Assembly: GCA_963707025.1 (NCBI GenBank)
Contig: CAVPOM010000018.1
Coordinates: 512,001 to 576,000 of the forward strand
Source of the DNA: an uncultured Verrucomicrobiae bacterium
Lineage (GTDB): Bacteria > Verrucomicrobiota > Verrucomicrobiia > Limisphaerales > Palsa-1400
Length of the DNA: 64,000 nucleotides
Direction of reading: 5' to 3'
Of this stretch, positions 1 through 8,657 are shown piece by piece; positions within the stretch are counted from its first letter, which is position 1; every line of letters begins with the position of its first letter. A program made the translations under genes and the position numbers. Below the pieces are notes generated by a model. It made no database searches. It saw only the letters and a program-made list of their open reading frames with translations, and had not been told where the DNA came from.

Positions 1-152
1 TTGACGGCGACGGCTTGGGCGCGCGGCTCTTTTTCGTTGCCGGTGTAAATGTTGCCGTTCTGGAAAACCAGGGCGGCCTGCCCCCACAGCACGGCCGGGC
101 ACAAAACGGTCAGGAGCAATGATAAAAAGCAGGCCGGGCGGGTGGTTTTCAT
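1..152 (-). CDS. Amidohydrolase family 3 (YtcJ-like) protein, N-terminal part, truncated by the window edge
   Basis: Manual translation from ATG 152: MKTTRPACFLSLLLTVLCPAVLWGQAALVFQNGNIYTGNEKEPRAQAVAV. Signal peptide plus the NGNIYT..P.A.AVAV start typical of YtcJ-like amidohydrolases. Not in the ORF track. Confidence 0.75.
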   Translation of the reverse strand, partial: MKTTRPACFLSLLLTVLCPAVLWGQAALVFQNGNIYTGNEKEPRAQAVAV

Positions 153-184
153 GTGGGCGTCGCTACGCTGCGATTTGGTGTTGA

Positions 185-1039
185 CTACGCGAAGGCCTTT
201 TCCAGCGCGGTTTTCATGACCGCTTCCGGCGCGGGGCGGCCCGTCCACATCTCAAATCCGATGGCGCCCTGGCCGACCAGCATGGGCAGGCCGGTCAGCG
301 TTTTTAACCCCTGGGCGCGCGCGGTCTGGATGAAACGGGTTTCCGCCGGATTGGGCACCACGTCGCACACCAGCAAATCGGGCCGCCCCTCCTCCCAAGC
401 CACCGCCGGCAGGCCGGCCACATCGGGAAACAAACCGATGGAAGTGCAGTTGACCAAAATATCCACCTCCGCGCCGATTTCGCACAGGCCGGTCCACAGT
501 TCAAACCGGGCGGCCAGGCCGGCGCGCTGCCGGAGGTCGGCGCACAAAGCGGCCCCGCGTTCGGCGCTGCGGTTGGCGATGGCCAGCCGGCCCACCCCGG
601 CCGCCGCCAGTTCAAACGCGATGGCCCGGGCGGCGCCGCCCGCCCCCAGCAGGAGCACGTTCCGGCCCGCCGCATCCAGGCCGGCCTCCTGCCGCAGGCC
701 GCGCAGGAAGCCCTTGCCATCGGTGTTTTCGCCAATCAGCCGGTTGCCCTCGCGGCGCACCGTGTTGACCGCGCCGATGCGGGCGGCCTCGGCCGACACT
801 TCATCGAGCAGGGGAACCACGGCGACCTTGTGCGGGATGGTCAGATTGACGCCGCGCATCCCCAGAGCGCGCACGCCGCGGATGGCATCGGGCAGCGCGG
901 CCGGCGCGACCTCCAGGGTGAGATAGCGCCAGGGCAAACCGAGCGCGGCAAAGGCTGCCTCCTGCATCACGCCAGTGGGATTCTCGGCCACAGGCTGTCC
1001 GAGAACTCCGACCAGTTCCATTTTATAATTGGCGGCCAT
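185..1039 (-). CDS. aroE: Shikimate dehydrogenase (AroE family)
   Basis: GVNLTIPHK, GAVNT, NTDGKG, GAGGAARA NAD(P) motif, MLVGQG. Start taken at MAANYK (1039). Confidence 0.93.
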   Translation of the reverse strand: MAANYKMELVGVLGQPVAENPTGVMQEAAFAALGLPWRYLTLEVAPAALPDAIRGVRALGMRGVNLTIPHKVAVVPLLDEVSAEAARIGAVNTVRREGNRLIGENTDGKGFLRGLRQEAGLDAAGRNVLLLGAGGAARAIAFELAAAGVGRLAIANRSAERGAALCADLRQRAGLAARFELWTGLCEIGAEVDILVNCTSIGLFPDVAGLPAVAWEEGRPDLLVCDVVPNPAETRFIQTARAQGLKTLTGLPMLVGQGAIGFEMWTGRPAPEAVMKTALEKAFA

Positions 1040-1050
1040 GGACTGGGGAG

Positions 1051-1083
1051 AATGATAAATGAAAAAAGCCAAATGGTAAATGA
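1051..1083. repeat. Degenerate heptamer repeat (AAATGAx-type)
   Basis: aatgataaatgaaaaaagccaaatggtaaatga, 7-nt periodicity. Related tracts at 34790-34830, 35221-35251, 52778-52800 and 53451-53516. Confidence 0.55.
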
Positions 1084-1348
1084 AGAAGGAAGGGCGGCGC
1101 CGGTGGGAAGCCCATTTCACCTTTTGGACAGTTCCCAGGCAGGGACGCCGCGTTGCTGTAGGGTTGTCAAGGCATAGGTAACACCGTTATCAGGACGCGG
1201 GTGACACCTCGGACAGCCACCTCGCTCACCGGATGGATGAAGCCCGGCGTGTGGCCCAGGCAAAGGCTTGGTGGCCACCATTTGGCCGGAAGTAGTCACG
1301 CCGGTGGCCTGGCAGGAACTTCCGCCTTGAACTAGGTTGATTTGGATT

Positions 1349-1458
1349 TGTCGGAATGTCGGACAGAATGCGGACGAACTGTCGCAAGAGGTTGAACGGC
1401 AACAGCTTTTGCTGCCAAGCCAAAAACGACAGGCCATTTTGTGTCGGATTCGGCTACA
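1349..1458. promoter_or_regulatory. Two putative enhancer-binding-protein sites (TGT-N11-ACA)
   Basis: TGTCGGAATGTCGGACA (1349-1365) and TGTCGGATTCGGCTACA (1442-1458), about 200 and 100 bp upstream of a -24/-12 motif. Confidence 0.5.
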
Positions 1459-1557
1459 CTTCCGTGCTTTTCAAGTTCGTCATGGAACCAAAACCACTCG
1501 CCATAAGTAAATGGATATGAACAGGTTGCGCGTTGAGTTCCTCCGTGGAGAAGGGGA

Positions 1558-1573
1558 TGGCAAGGATTGTGCT
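1558..1573 (+). promoter_or_regulatory. sigma54 (-24/-12) promoter candidate
   Basis: TGGCAAGGATTGTGCT = GG-N10-GC with TGGCA half-site. Confidence 0.6.
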
Positions 1574-1743
1574 TAGTAAAACAGGTTTTTGATGTCGCAG
1601 ACCTAGCAGTGCAACGTTCACCTTTACGAGAATGAGTCAATGCGTGCGAACAAATCATGAGTTTGCTCATCAGTCGTGCTCGCATTTCTCGCCGCGATTG
1701 CTCAGGGTGGCCTTTCTGGCGCACGTTTCTTTTGTGCCCTTGC

Positions 1744-1758
1744 TGGCTCATGGTATGC
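1744..1758 (+). promoter_or_regulatory. Second sigma54 promoter candidate
   Basis: TGGCTCATGGTATGC = GG-N10-GC. Matches the motif at 4093 (TGGCTCATTTAATGC) at 12 of 15 positions. Confidence 0.5.
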
Positions 1759-1912
1759 GTCATTTTTGCCGGCCAGCCCGGTCTTTGGCCATTCCCGTCA
1801 CCTCTGCGGTCGAAAAGAACTTAATCCCTCCAAAGGAACCACGGTAAATGGGTCAAGACCGCGTGAAACAGGTCATGCCTCATGCCGCAGAATAGCAGCG
1901 CGGCAGAAATGT

Positions 1913-3910
1913 TCAATGGCCGTTCCCGGCCAGGCGTTGCAGCAGGATGTTCAACTCCTGCATGCGGGGCGGCTTGCTCAGCACCGCATCCACCTCCGGA
2001 ACCGATTCCCCCTCGGCTTTGATCATCGTGCCCCAGCCGGTCAACATGAGAATGGGCGTCTGCGGCGATTCGGCCTTGATGGCGCGGGCCACATGATAGC
2101 CGTCCATGTCCGGCATGCCCAAATCGGTGATGACCACCTCGAAGGGATGGCCTCCGCGGAGGCTGGAACGGAACATCTCCAGTCCTTCCTTGCCCCCCGG
2201 AGCCACGCTCACTTTGTGATGGTCCTTTTCCAGGCAATCATGCAGCAGTTCGCGCACGTTGGGTTCATCGTCTATGCACAGGATGTGCATGGAGTGGCAG
2301 GGTTGGAGGCCCGGCTGGGGCCGGGGCGATGGAACGGCCTGCTCGAGAATTGGGAAGATCAGGCGCACACAGGTGCCCTGGCCCGGCACGCTTTCAATCT
2401 CAATGCTGCCTTTGTGGCGCTGCACCATGCCATAAACCATGGCCAGTCCCAGGCCGGTCCCGCCGCGCTGCCCCTTGGTGGAGAAAAACGGTTCCAGACA
2501 ACGCTGCCGCACCTTTTCCTCCATGCCCGATCCGTTGTCCCGCACTTCCAGTTGCAGATCCTCCCCGGCGCCGGCGCCGTTGTCCAAGGCTGGGCGGATG
2601 ACCGAACGGGTGGCGATGCTGATGATGCCGCCTTTGTGGAGGGCGTCCACCGAATTAAAGATGATGTTGGTCAGGGCTTCGCGGAGTTCCCCGGCATTGC
2701 ACAGCAGCAGCGGCGCTTCCGACTCCAATTGACATTCAAGGTGGATGGAGAGGCCCTCGCGCTGCGCCTGATCGCGCCAGCGCGGGCGGGTGAGTTCGAT
2801 CACGTCCTGGATGGCCGCGTTGACGTTGATCAGGGCCAGTTTATCAGGATCCTGGTCGCGGCGGTAAAATTCCCGCATGTGGGCGACGATCTCGGCGACG
2901 TCCTGGGCCGCCTGGCTGATGCGCCGCAATTGGTGCTGCGGCTCCTTGGCCAAATTGGGCAGGGTGGCCAGCAATAATTCCGAGTAGGCGGTGATGGGAC
3001 ACATCGCATTATTGATGTCGTGGGCTATGCCGCTGGCCATCTGGCCCAAGGCGCGCAGCCGCTCCTGCTGCACCACCACCTGCTGGGTGCGGCGCAATTC
3101 ATCGTAGGCCTTTTGCGTCCCTTCGGTCAGCCGCACCTGGTCGTAAAGGCTCTGGCACTTCTCCTTGGCGGTCAGGACCTTGACCTGCAAGGCCTCTTTC
3201 TCCTGGCGGACCGCGGCGATTTCCGCGCGAACTTGTTCGGCGTGCTGGCGAACCTCCTCCAACACCAGCACGATCATGCTCACGGCGATGAAGAGTTGCA
3301 GGACGGCGGCCACGAAAAACCCGTCGCTGTAGAGGCTGGCGTATTGATGGAGCTCGGTCAAGGGGTAGGTGCCCAGGTAAATGCCCCAGAGTATAAAGCC
3401 CAGGGACAACATGCCCGCCCCCACGAAGGCCTTCTGCTTGCGCAGGCGGAAGAAGCAAGCGCCGGCGAACATGCTGCTCAAGCCCAGCAGGATGAAGATG
3501 GGCAACTGGATCTGTAGCAGATCGGTGCTCACCTGCGGACTGACGAAGGTCCAGACCACCAGGAACAGCATGAACACGCCAAAGGAGGTCTGCCGCACCG
3601 GCAGACTGAGAAAACGCAGGCTGCCCCACAACAGGAAGACCGCCGAAATTGAAACGCAGCACTGCTTGATCATGAAGATCGGGTCGCCCGGCGCCGGTTT
3701 CTCCACCCGCAGGCCCAAGGTCAGCCAGAGGGCATAAAACAACCACGCCGCCGTCCAGATGGTGAAATACTCCCGCCGCGTATAGCGGTTCAGGTAAAAA
3801 AACAGACCTACCAGAACCCACACGCTTAACAAGGAGACCATCAGAGCCGCCCGCAGGTACTCCGGGGAGTTCTGGGTAAATACCAGCCCCATTTCGTTCA
3901 GTCTCGTCAT
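1913..3910 (-). CDS. Hybrid sensor histidine kinase (multi-TM sensor, HisKA, HATPase_c, C-terminal REC)
   Basis: About 7 TM segments, H-box GIAHDINN, N-box NIIFNSVDA, DNGSG, GTGLGL, REC with CIDDE..VITDLGMPDMDG..KP. Start may be 3919 or 3910. Confidence 0.95.
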   Translation of the reverse strand: MTRLNEMGLVFTQNSPEYLRAALMVSLLSVWVLVGLFFYLNRYTRREYFTIWTAAWLFYALWLTLGLRVEKPAPGDPIFMIKQCCVSISAVFLLWGSLRFLSLPVRQTSFGVFMLFLVVWTFVSPQVSTDLLQIQLPIFILLGLSSMFAGACFFRLRKQKAFVGAGMLSLGFILWGIYLGTYPLTELHQYASLYSDGFFVAAVLQLFIAVSMIVLVLEEVRQHAEQVRAEIAAVRQEKEALQVKVLTAKEKCQSLYDQVRLTEGTQKAYDELRRTQQVVVQQERLRALGQMASGIAHDINNAMCPITAYSELLLATLPNLAKEPQHQLRRISQAAQDVAEIVAHMREFYRRDQDPDKLALINVNAAIQDVIELTRPRWRDQAQREGLSIHLECQLESEAPLLLCNAGELREALTNIIFNSVDALHKGGIISIATRSVIRPALDNGAGAGEDLQLEVRDNGSGMEEKVRQRCLEPFFSTKGQRGGTGLGLAMVYGMVQRHKGSIEIESVPGQGTCVRLIFPILEQAVPSPRPQPGLQPCHSMHILCIDDEPNVRELLHDCLEKDHHKVSVAPGGKEGLEMFRSSLRGGHPFEVVITDLGMPDMDGYHVARAIKAESPQTPILMLTGWGTMIKAEGESVPEVDAVLSKPPRMQELNILLQRLAGNGH

Positions 3911-3919
3911 TACATCCAT

Positions 3920-3946
3920 TCATCGGCAGGAACCGGCCAAAATGAA
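3920..3946 (-). promoter_or_regulatory. sigma28/FliA-like promoter candidate for the kinase
   Basis: Minus strand TTCA-N15-GCCGATGA, resembling TAAA-N15-GCCGATAA, 9 nt before ATG 3910. Confidence 0.5.
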
Positions 3947-4092
3947 GCAAAAGATTACAGAAGGTTTCCCGGACCAAACTTCCCGGAGGAACGCCCGGCT
4001 GATTCAGCCGGGGCCGGAGGAAAGCCTGGCCACGGCTGCGGCCCTGGATTTGTCCTTCCGGCGGCCGGCCGCCTGGCCAGTGGCTTCATTTT

Positions 4093-4108
4093 TGGCTCAT
4101 TTAATGCT
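4093..4108 (+). promoter_or_regulatory. sigma54 promoter candidate for the HDOD gene
   Basis: TGGCTCATTTAATGCT = GG-N10-GC, about 80 nt upstream of the ORF. Confidence 0.6.
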
Positions 4109-4189
4109 TGCAACCAGAGGAATACACGGGTTAACTGGTCTCAGCGCCGACCGGGTTGCGTGATGCGACCTCCGTGGCCCGGACGCAAT

Positions 4190-5501
4190 ATGGAATCATC
4201 GGACCTCAGCAACGATTTTGCCGGTTCCAGAAGTTCAGAGGGGGACGATGGCTCATCTGAATCCCAGACCGCACCGCCGTTTGTTTCCGCCGCCTGGCGC
4301 GTGCTCTTTGTCGGAGGCGACGCCTTGTGGTTCGACCAAATCAAACGCGACCTCCTCTGCCTTGAGCCTCATTGGCGGTTGCTGTACGTTCCCGATGGCC
4401 CCGCCGCGGCGGGGATGGTCGCAGTCCAGCAGGTTCATGCCATGATTGTGGATGGCAGTGTCCCGGGCGCGCGGGAATTGATCGAGCATCTCAAAAAGGC
4501 GGGGGACCCAACGCTCCTCATGCTGCGTTGCGACATGTCGGACCGCCAGGTCGTTGCCTCATGGGTAGGCCTGGGCGTGCCCATGATCACCCGCTTCGGC
4601 GATGCCAGCCGCATCGTCTCCAGCCTGCTGCGCAACTGCCGCTTGCGCGACTGGTCGGCGGACCCCGCCATGCAACGGCTGCTGCCGCAGATCCGCAAGC
4701 TCCCCGCCACGCCCTTTCTCTATCGCAAGGTTTCCGAGGAATTGTCCTCGCCAAACGGTTCGTTGAATGTCGTGGCCAAACTCATCTGTCAGGACCCGGT
4801 CATGTCCGCCAAAATGCTGCAAATCGCCAACTCGGCCCTCTTTGCCGCCTCGCGCGAAATCACCGATATGTTTGAGGCGGTCATGATCCTGGGCAGTGAG
4901 CGGATCAAATCCCTCATTCTCCTGGGCGGCATTTTTTCCCAGGTACAGCGACGCCAAGATATCCGCTGCCTCCATTCAATCTCTTTTGCTCCACAGCGTC
5001 CAGGTGGGGGGTTTTGCCCGCGCCATCGCCTTGAACGAATCCAAAAGCTCCCGCACCGCCGAGGCCGCCTTCACCGCCGGCGTGTTGCACGACATCGGAA
5101 AATTGATCCTCGCGGGAAACCTGCCGGAAACGTTCGCGAGGGCGAGCGCCTTGGCGGCCGAACGAAAACTCTCCGCCCACGACGCCGAGATGCAAGTCTT
5201 CGGAGTCAGCCATGCCCGCTTCGGCGCTTGTCTGCTGGCCGCGTGGGGATTGCCCTTGCCGATCCTTGAAGCGGTGGCCTGGCACCACGAACCCTCCCAG
5301 TCTTCCGACACCGGCTTTTCCCTCCTCGCCGCCGTGCATGCCGCCAACATCTTTGCCCACCAGGCCTCGCTCCTGGCCGGCGCCGGCGGCCAGGAACCGC
5401 CGGCGCCCGTCAATCAGGAATACCTGGATGGCATCGGCCTGGGCGGCCGTTGCGACCGCTGGCGCGCGTCCTGCGGGATCCCGGCCGCCGCCCCCGCCTG
5501 A
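4190..5501 (+). CDS. Degenerate REC + HDOD domain signalling protein, split by a +1 frameshift near 4942
   Basis: ORF 4160-5269 has LPATP..QDPVMSAKMLQIANSA. ORF 4896-5501 continues HSVQVG..FTAGVLHDIGKL..HARFGACLLAAWGLP..AVAWHH. Removing one G in CAGGTAC gives IFSQYSDAK. The extra base could instead lie in the adjacent T6 run. Confidence 0.88.
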
Positions 5502-5638
5502 AAAACCGGCCAGCTTTCCCACCCGGCTGGCGAACCCCGGGCCGGAGGCGGTTCCATGGCCGGATGCGCCCGCATCAATTTCGACTTTGCGTCTTGAAAT
5601 TTGCGGGCGGCCGTCAATAATGGCGCAGCGCAAATTTG

Positions 5639-6253
5639 ATGAACGAATGGAATATTCAAGCCCGCTCGCACGCCTGCCAATCGTGTGGGAAACCTTTCGC
5701 CGACGGGGAGTTCTGCCAAACGCTGCTCCTGGAGGAACGCCACCAGTACCTGCGCATGGATGTCTGCAGCCGTTGCTGGGAAACCCAGTACGGCCAGGGC
5801 GCGGCCGACCGCAAAGGTTTTATCTCGCAATGGCAAAGTGTTTACCACCCGCCCCCCGGCGCGCCGCCCGAGGCCATCCGCCGGGAAACGGCCGAGGACA
5901 TGCTGCGCAAGCTCATCGCCGCCCGCCAGCCCAAGGACGGGCCGGTTTGTTTCATCCTGGCCGTGATGCTGGAACGCAAGCGCATTCTCAAAGTTAAGGA
6001 ACAGTTCCAGCGCGACGGCGCGCGCGTCTTCATTTACGAGCAGCCCGCCACGGGGGATGTTTTTACCATTACCGATCCCAACCTCCGCCTCGATCAACTG
6101 GAACAGGTGCAGCGGGACATCACCCAGTTGCTCAATCCGCCCGCCGCCGCGCCTGCCGCCACCGCCCCGGCCGCGCCGGCTTCCGCGGAAGAGGCGGCCG
6201 CTCCGTCTGCGCCCGGAGCCGGCGCCCCCGCCTGCCATGAAACCGCCCCTTGA
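5639..6253 (+). CDS. Conserved hypothetical protein with CxxC...CxxC Zn-ribbon-like motifs
   Basis: CQSC and CSRC motifs, LAVMLERKRILK, Ala/Pro-rich tail. Overlaps the rnc start. Confidence 0.75.
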   Translation: MNEWNIQARSHACQSCGKPFADGEFCQTLLLEERHQYLRMDVCSRCWETQYGQGAADRKGFISQWQSVYHPPPGAPPEAIRRETAEDMLRKLIAARQPKDGPVCFILAVMLERKRILKVKEQFQRDGARVFIYEQPATGDVFTITDPNLRLDQLEQVQRDITQLLNPPAAAPAATAPAAPASAEEAAAPSAPGAGAPACHETAP

Positions 6254-6965
6254 AGCGCCTGCGCCGCACCTCGCCGCCGGGACCGATCTCCACGCCTTCC
6301 AGACCCGGCTCCGCTATCAATTTCAAAACGTCGGCTTGTTGCGTCTGGCCTTGACCCATCCCTCCGTGGCCCATGAGGGGGACCGCGCCTCGCAGCACAA
6401 TCAGCGGCTGGAATTTCTGGGCGACGCCGTGCTGGGCCTGGTGCTGACGCGCGAGTTGTATGACAAATTTCCCGCCGTGAGCGAAGGGCCGCTGACCAAG
6501 GCCCGCGCCCAAATGATCAACCGCCGCACCCTGGCCGACCAGGCGCGCCGCATCGAGTTGCAGAATTATCTGATTCTGAGCCGGGGGGAGGAGGCCAATA
6601 GCGGACGGGGCCGGGCCTCGGCCCTGGCCGATGGGTTTGAAGCGCTCATCGGGGCGATTTTCGTGGACGGCGGGTTCGGCGCCGCCCAGACCTTTGTCCT
6701 CCAATCTTTCCACGAGGCCTTTGGCGAGCTGACCTCCATCCCCACCCTGGACAATCCCAAGGGCGAATTGCAGGAAACCCTTCAGGCCGCCTCCCCGCTC
6801 TCCCCGCAATATGAAGTCGTCTGCGTCACCGGGCCGGAGCACGACCGCCTCTTTGAATGCGTGGTGCGCCACGATGGCAAGGACTTGGGCCGCGGCAGCG
6901 GCAAAAGCAAAAAGGCCGCCGAAAGCCAGGCCGCCCTGGCCGCCCTCCGCAAATTGCGCGGCTGA
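6237..6965 (+). CDS. rnc: Ribonuclease III
   Basis: ALTHPS, HNQRLEFLGDAVLGL signature, ADGFEALIGAIFVD, C-terminal dsRBD (NPKGELQE..GKSKKAAE). Confidence 0.97.
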   Translation: MKPPLEAPAPHLAAGTDLHAFQTRLRYQFQNVGLLRLALTHPSVAHEGDRASQHNQRLEFLGDAVLGLVLTRELYDKFPAVSEGPLTKARAQMINRRTLADQARRIELQNYLILSRGEEANSGRGRASALADGFEALIGAIFVDGGFGAAQTFVLQSFHEAFGELTSIPTLDNPKGELQETLQAASPLSPQYEVVCVTGPEHDRLFECVVRHDGKDLGRGSGKSKKAAESQAALAALRKLRG

Positions 6966-6969
6966 ACTC

Positions 6970-8538
6970 ATGAATTCGCCCCGCCTGCAACGCTACGTTC
7001 CCCTCCTCGCTTGGATCATCGTGCCCGCCACGTTGTTCCTTGTCGTTTTCCAGATCGCCTCCTCCGGCTTCGTCCCCGGGGGAGACGCCCGCCGCCATGT
7101 GGCCAAAGTGATGACGGACAAGGAATACAACCAGATCGTCGTCCTGCGCCCGGAATACAAAATTGATCACAGCCCCGGCTGGAATTGGCTGTTGCGCCAG
7201 CTCCATCGCGCCGCCGGCTGGAACGAGGATGAGTTGATGAGCTTTTCGGTGCTGGCGATGATGCTGTGCATTTATCTGGCCGGCTTGCCGTGGCTGCGCC
7301 GACCCGAGGCCTGGATGGCCGCGCTCCTGGCCCAATTGGTGGCGCTGCCCAACTGGATGGTCCGGCTGGACCAGGGCCGGCCCTTTCTCCTGAGCGAAGG
7401 GGTGCTGATCTGCCTCCTGTTCGCCTGGGGGCGGGAGCGGTCGCCCAAGCCCTCCTGGCAAAAATTAGTTTTGACAACCGCCGGCTTCACCCTTTCCGTC
7501 TGGGCGCATGGGGCCTGGTATTTGTGGGTGTTCGTTCTGGCCGGCTTTTTCATGGCGGGCGCCTGGCGCGAGACCCTCTGGCTGGCGGCCTGCTGGGCGG
7601 GCGGCGTCATCGCCGGGGCGCTGCTTTCGGGCAAACCCGCGGCCTTTTTGTATGGAGCCGTCTATATGGCCGCCGCGGTTTTCAAGGAACACGCCCCCAA
7701 GTGCATGCTGGTGGGGGAGTTCCAGCCCAGCGACGGCGAATTCTACACCCTGGCCATTCTGGCCCTGGTCTATATCTGGCGCCACCGGCAAGGCCAGAAG
7801 CGAATCTCCCAAAGTAATAACTCCTCTGGCACCCTCGAACCGCCGCGCGCCTCTTCTCCCTCTCCTCCGCAAACTTGTGGAGGAGAGGGCCGGGGTGAGG
7901 AGGATTCCAGTCGGTCCATGGAAAGAGGGAGCCTGCTGCGCCAGCCGGTCTTCTGGATGATCGCCATTTTTTGGACCCTCGGCTTCCAGGCCGACCGTTT
8001 CTGGGCCGACTGGGGAATGCCGGCGGCGACGGTCTGGCTGGCGCTGCAATTCGACGGCTGGATGGTGGAAAAATGGCCCGCCGCGGCGGGCCGGCGTCTG
8101 CTCGTCTGCGGGCTGATCGCCCTGCCGTTCTTCCTGGATTCGACCAGCGATCTGCGCATGCGTTACACCCAAAACCAGCAGGAATCGGTCCTGGATGCCA
8201 GCGACCCGGCCCTGGCCGGCTGGCTGCCGGAGGGGGACGGCATTTTTTACAACCCCGACATGGCCTTTTTTTACAATACATTTTACAAGAATCCGCAGGC
8301 CAACTGGCGCTACATCCTGGGCTTCGAGCCGGCGCTCATGCCGGAGGAGGATTTGAAAATCCTCCGCAACATGCAATGGAACCACTTCGACCTGGCCTCC
8401 TATGAACCGTGGATCAAGAAAATGCGCCCGCAGGACCGCCTGGAGGTGCCGGGTTCCGCGCCGCCCCCGATGCCGGAATTGGAATGGTATGCCGGCGCGA
8501 AGAACCTCTGGATTGGCCGCAAGCCGCCGGCAAAGTGA
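6970..8538 (+). CDS. Polytopic integral membrane protein, possibly GT-C-fold glycosyltransferase-like, with an in-frame repeat insertion
   Basis: About 10 TM segments, acidic/His motif GDARRH after TM1, C-terminal soluble domain. GT-C assignment is an inference from topology. Confidence 0.7.
   Translation: MNSPRLQRYVPLLAWIIVPATLFLVVFQIASSGFVPGGDARRHVAKVMTDKEYNQIVVLRPEYKIDHSPGWNWLLRQLHRAAGWNEDELMSFSVLAMMLCIYLAGLPWLRRPEAWMAALLAQLVALPNWMVRLDQGRPFLLSEGVLICLLFAWGRERSPKPSWQKLVLTTAGFTLSVWAHGAWYLWVFVLAGFFMAGAWRETLWLAACWAGGVIAGALLSGKPAAFLYGAVYMAAAVFKEHAPKCMLVGEFQPSDGEFYTLAILALVYIWRHRQGQKRISQSNNSSGTLEPPRASSPSPPQTCGGEGRGEEDSSRSMERGSLLRQPVFWMIAIFWTLGFQADRFWADWGMPAATVWLALQFDGWMVEKWPAAAGRRLLVCGLIALPFFLDSTSDLRMRYTQNQQESVLDASDPALAGWLPEGDGIFYNPDMAFFYNTFYKNPQANWRYILGFEPALMPEEDLKILRNMQWNHFDLASYEPWIKKMRPQDRLEVPGSAPPPMPELEWYAGAKNLWIGRKPPAK
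7828..7925. mobile_element. MITE/palindromic element inside the CDS (CCCTCTCC..GGAGAGGG family)
   Basis: Hairpin ccctctcctccgcaa-ac-ttgtggaggagaggg (7858-7889), then ggggtgagg and catggaaag. The same blocks occur intergenically at 38069-38196. Confidence 0.7.
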
Positions 8539-8568
8539 GGTCTTTACCGTGACGCATCCGTCTTGGGT

Positions 8569-8623
8569 GGTAGGGCGCGCACTCCGTGCGCGCCGCGGCG
8601 GGCAGCGGAGTGCCCGCCCTACC
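8569..8623. repeat. GTAG-type REP-like doublet
   Basis: GGTAGGGCGCGCACTCCG..CGGAGTGCCCGCCCTACC inverted repeat between convergent genes. Confidence 0.75.
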
Positions 8624-8657
8624 CTTGCAGGCACATCCAATACTGACAGGTTCCACC

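Noticed and set aside
1332..1763. 143-aa minus-strand ORF in the aroE-HK gap
   Set aside because: No recognisable motifs, atypical codon usage, and it overlaps putative + strand regulatory sites.
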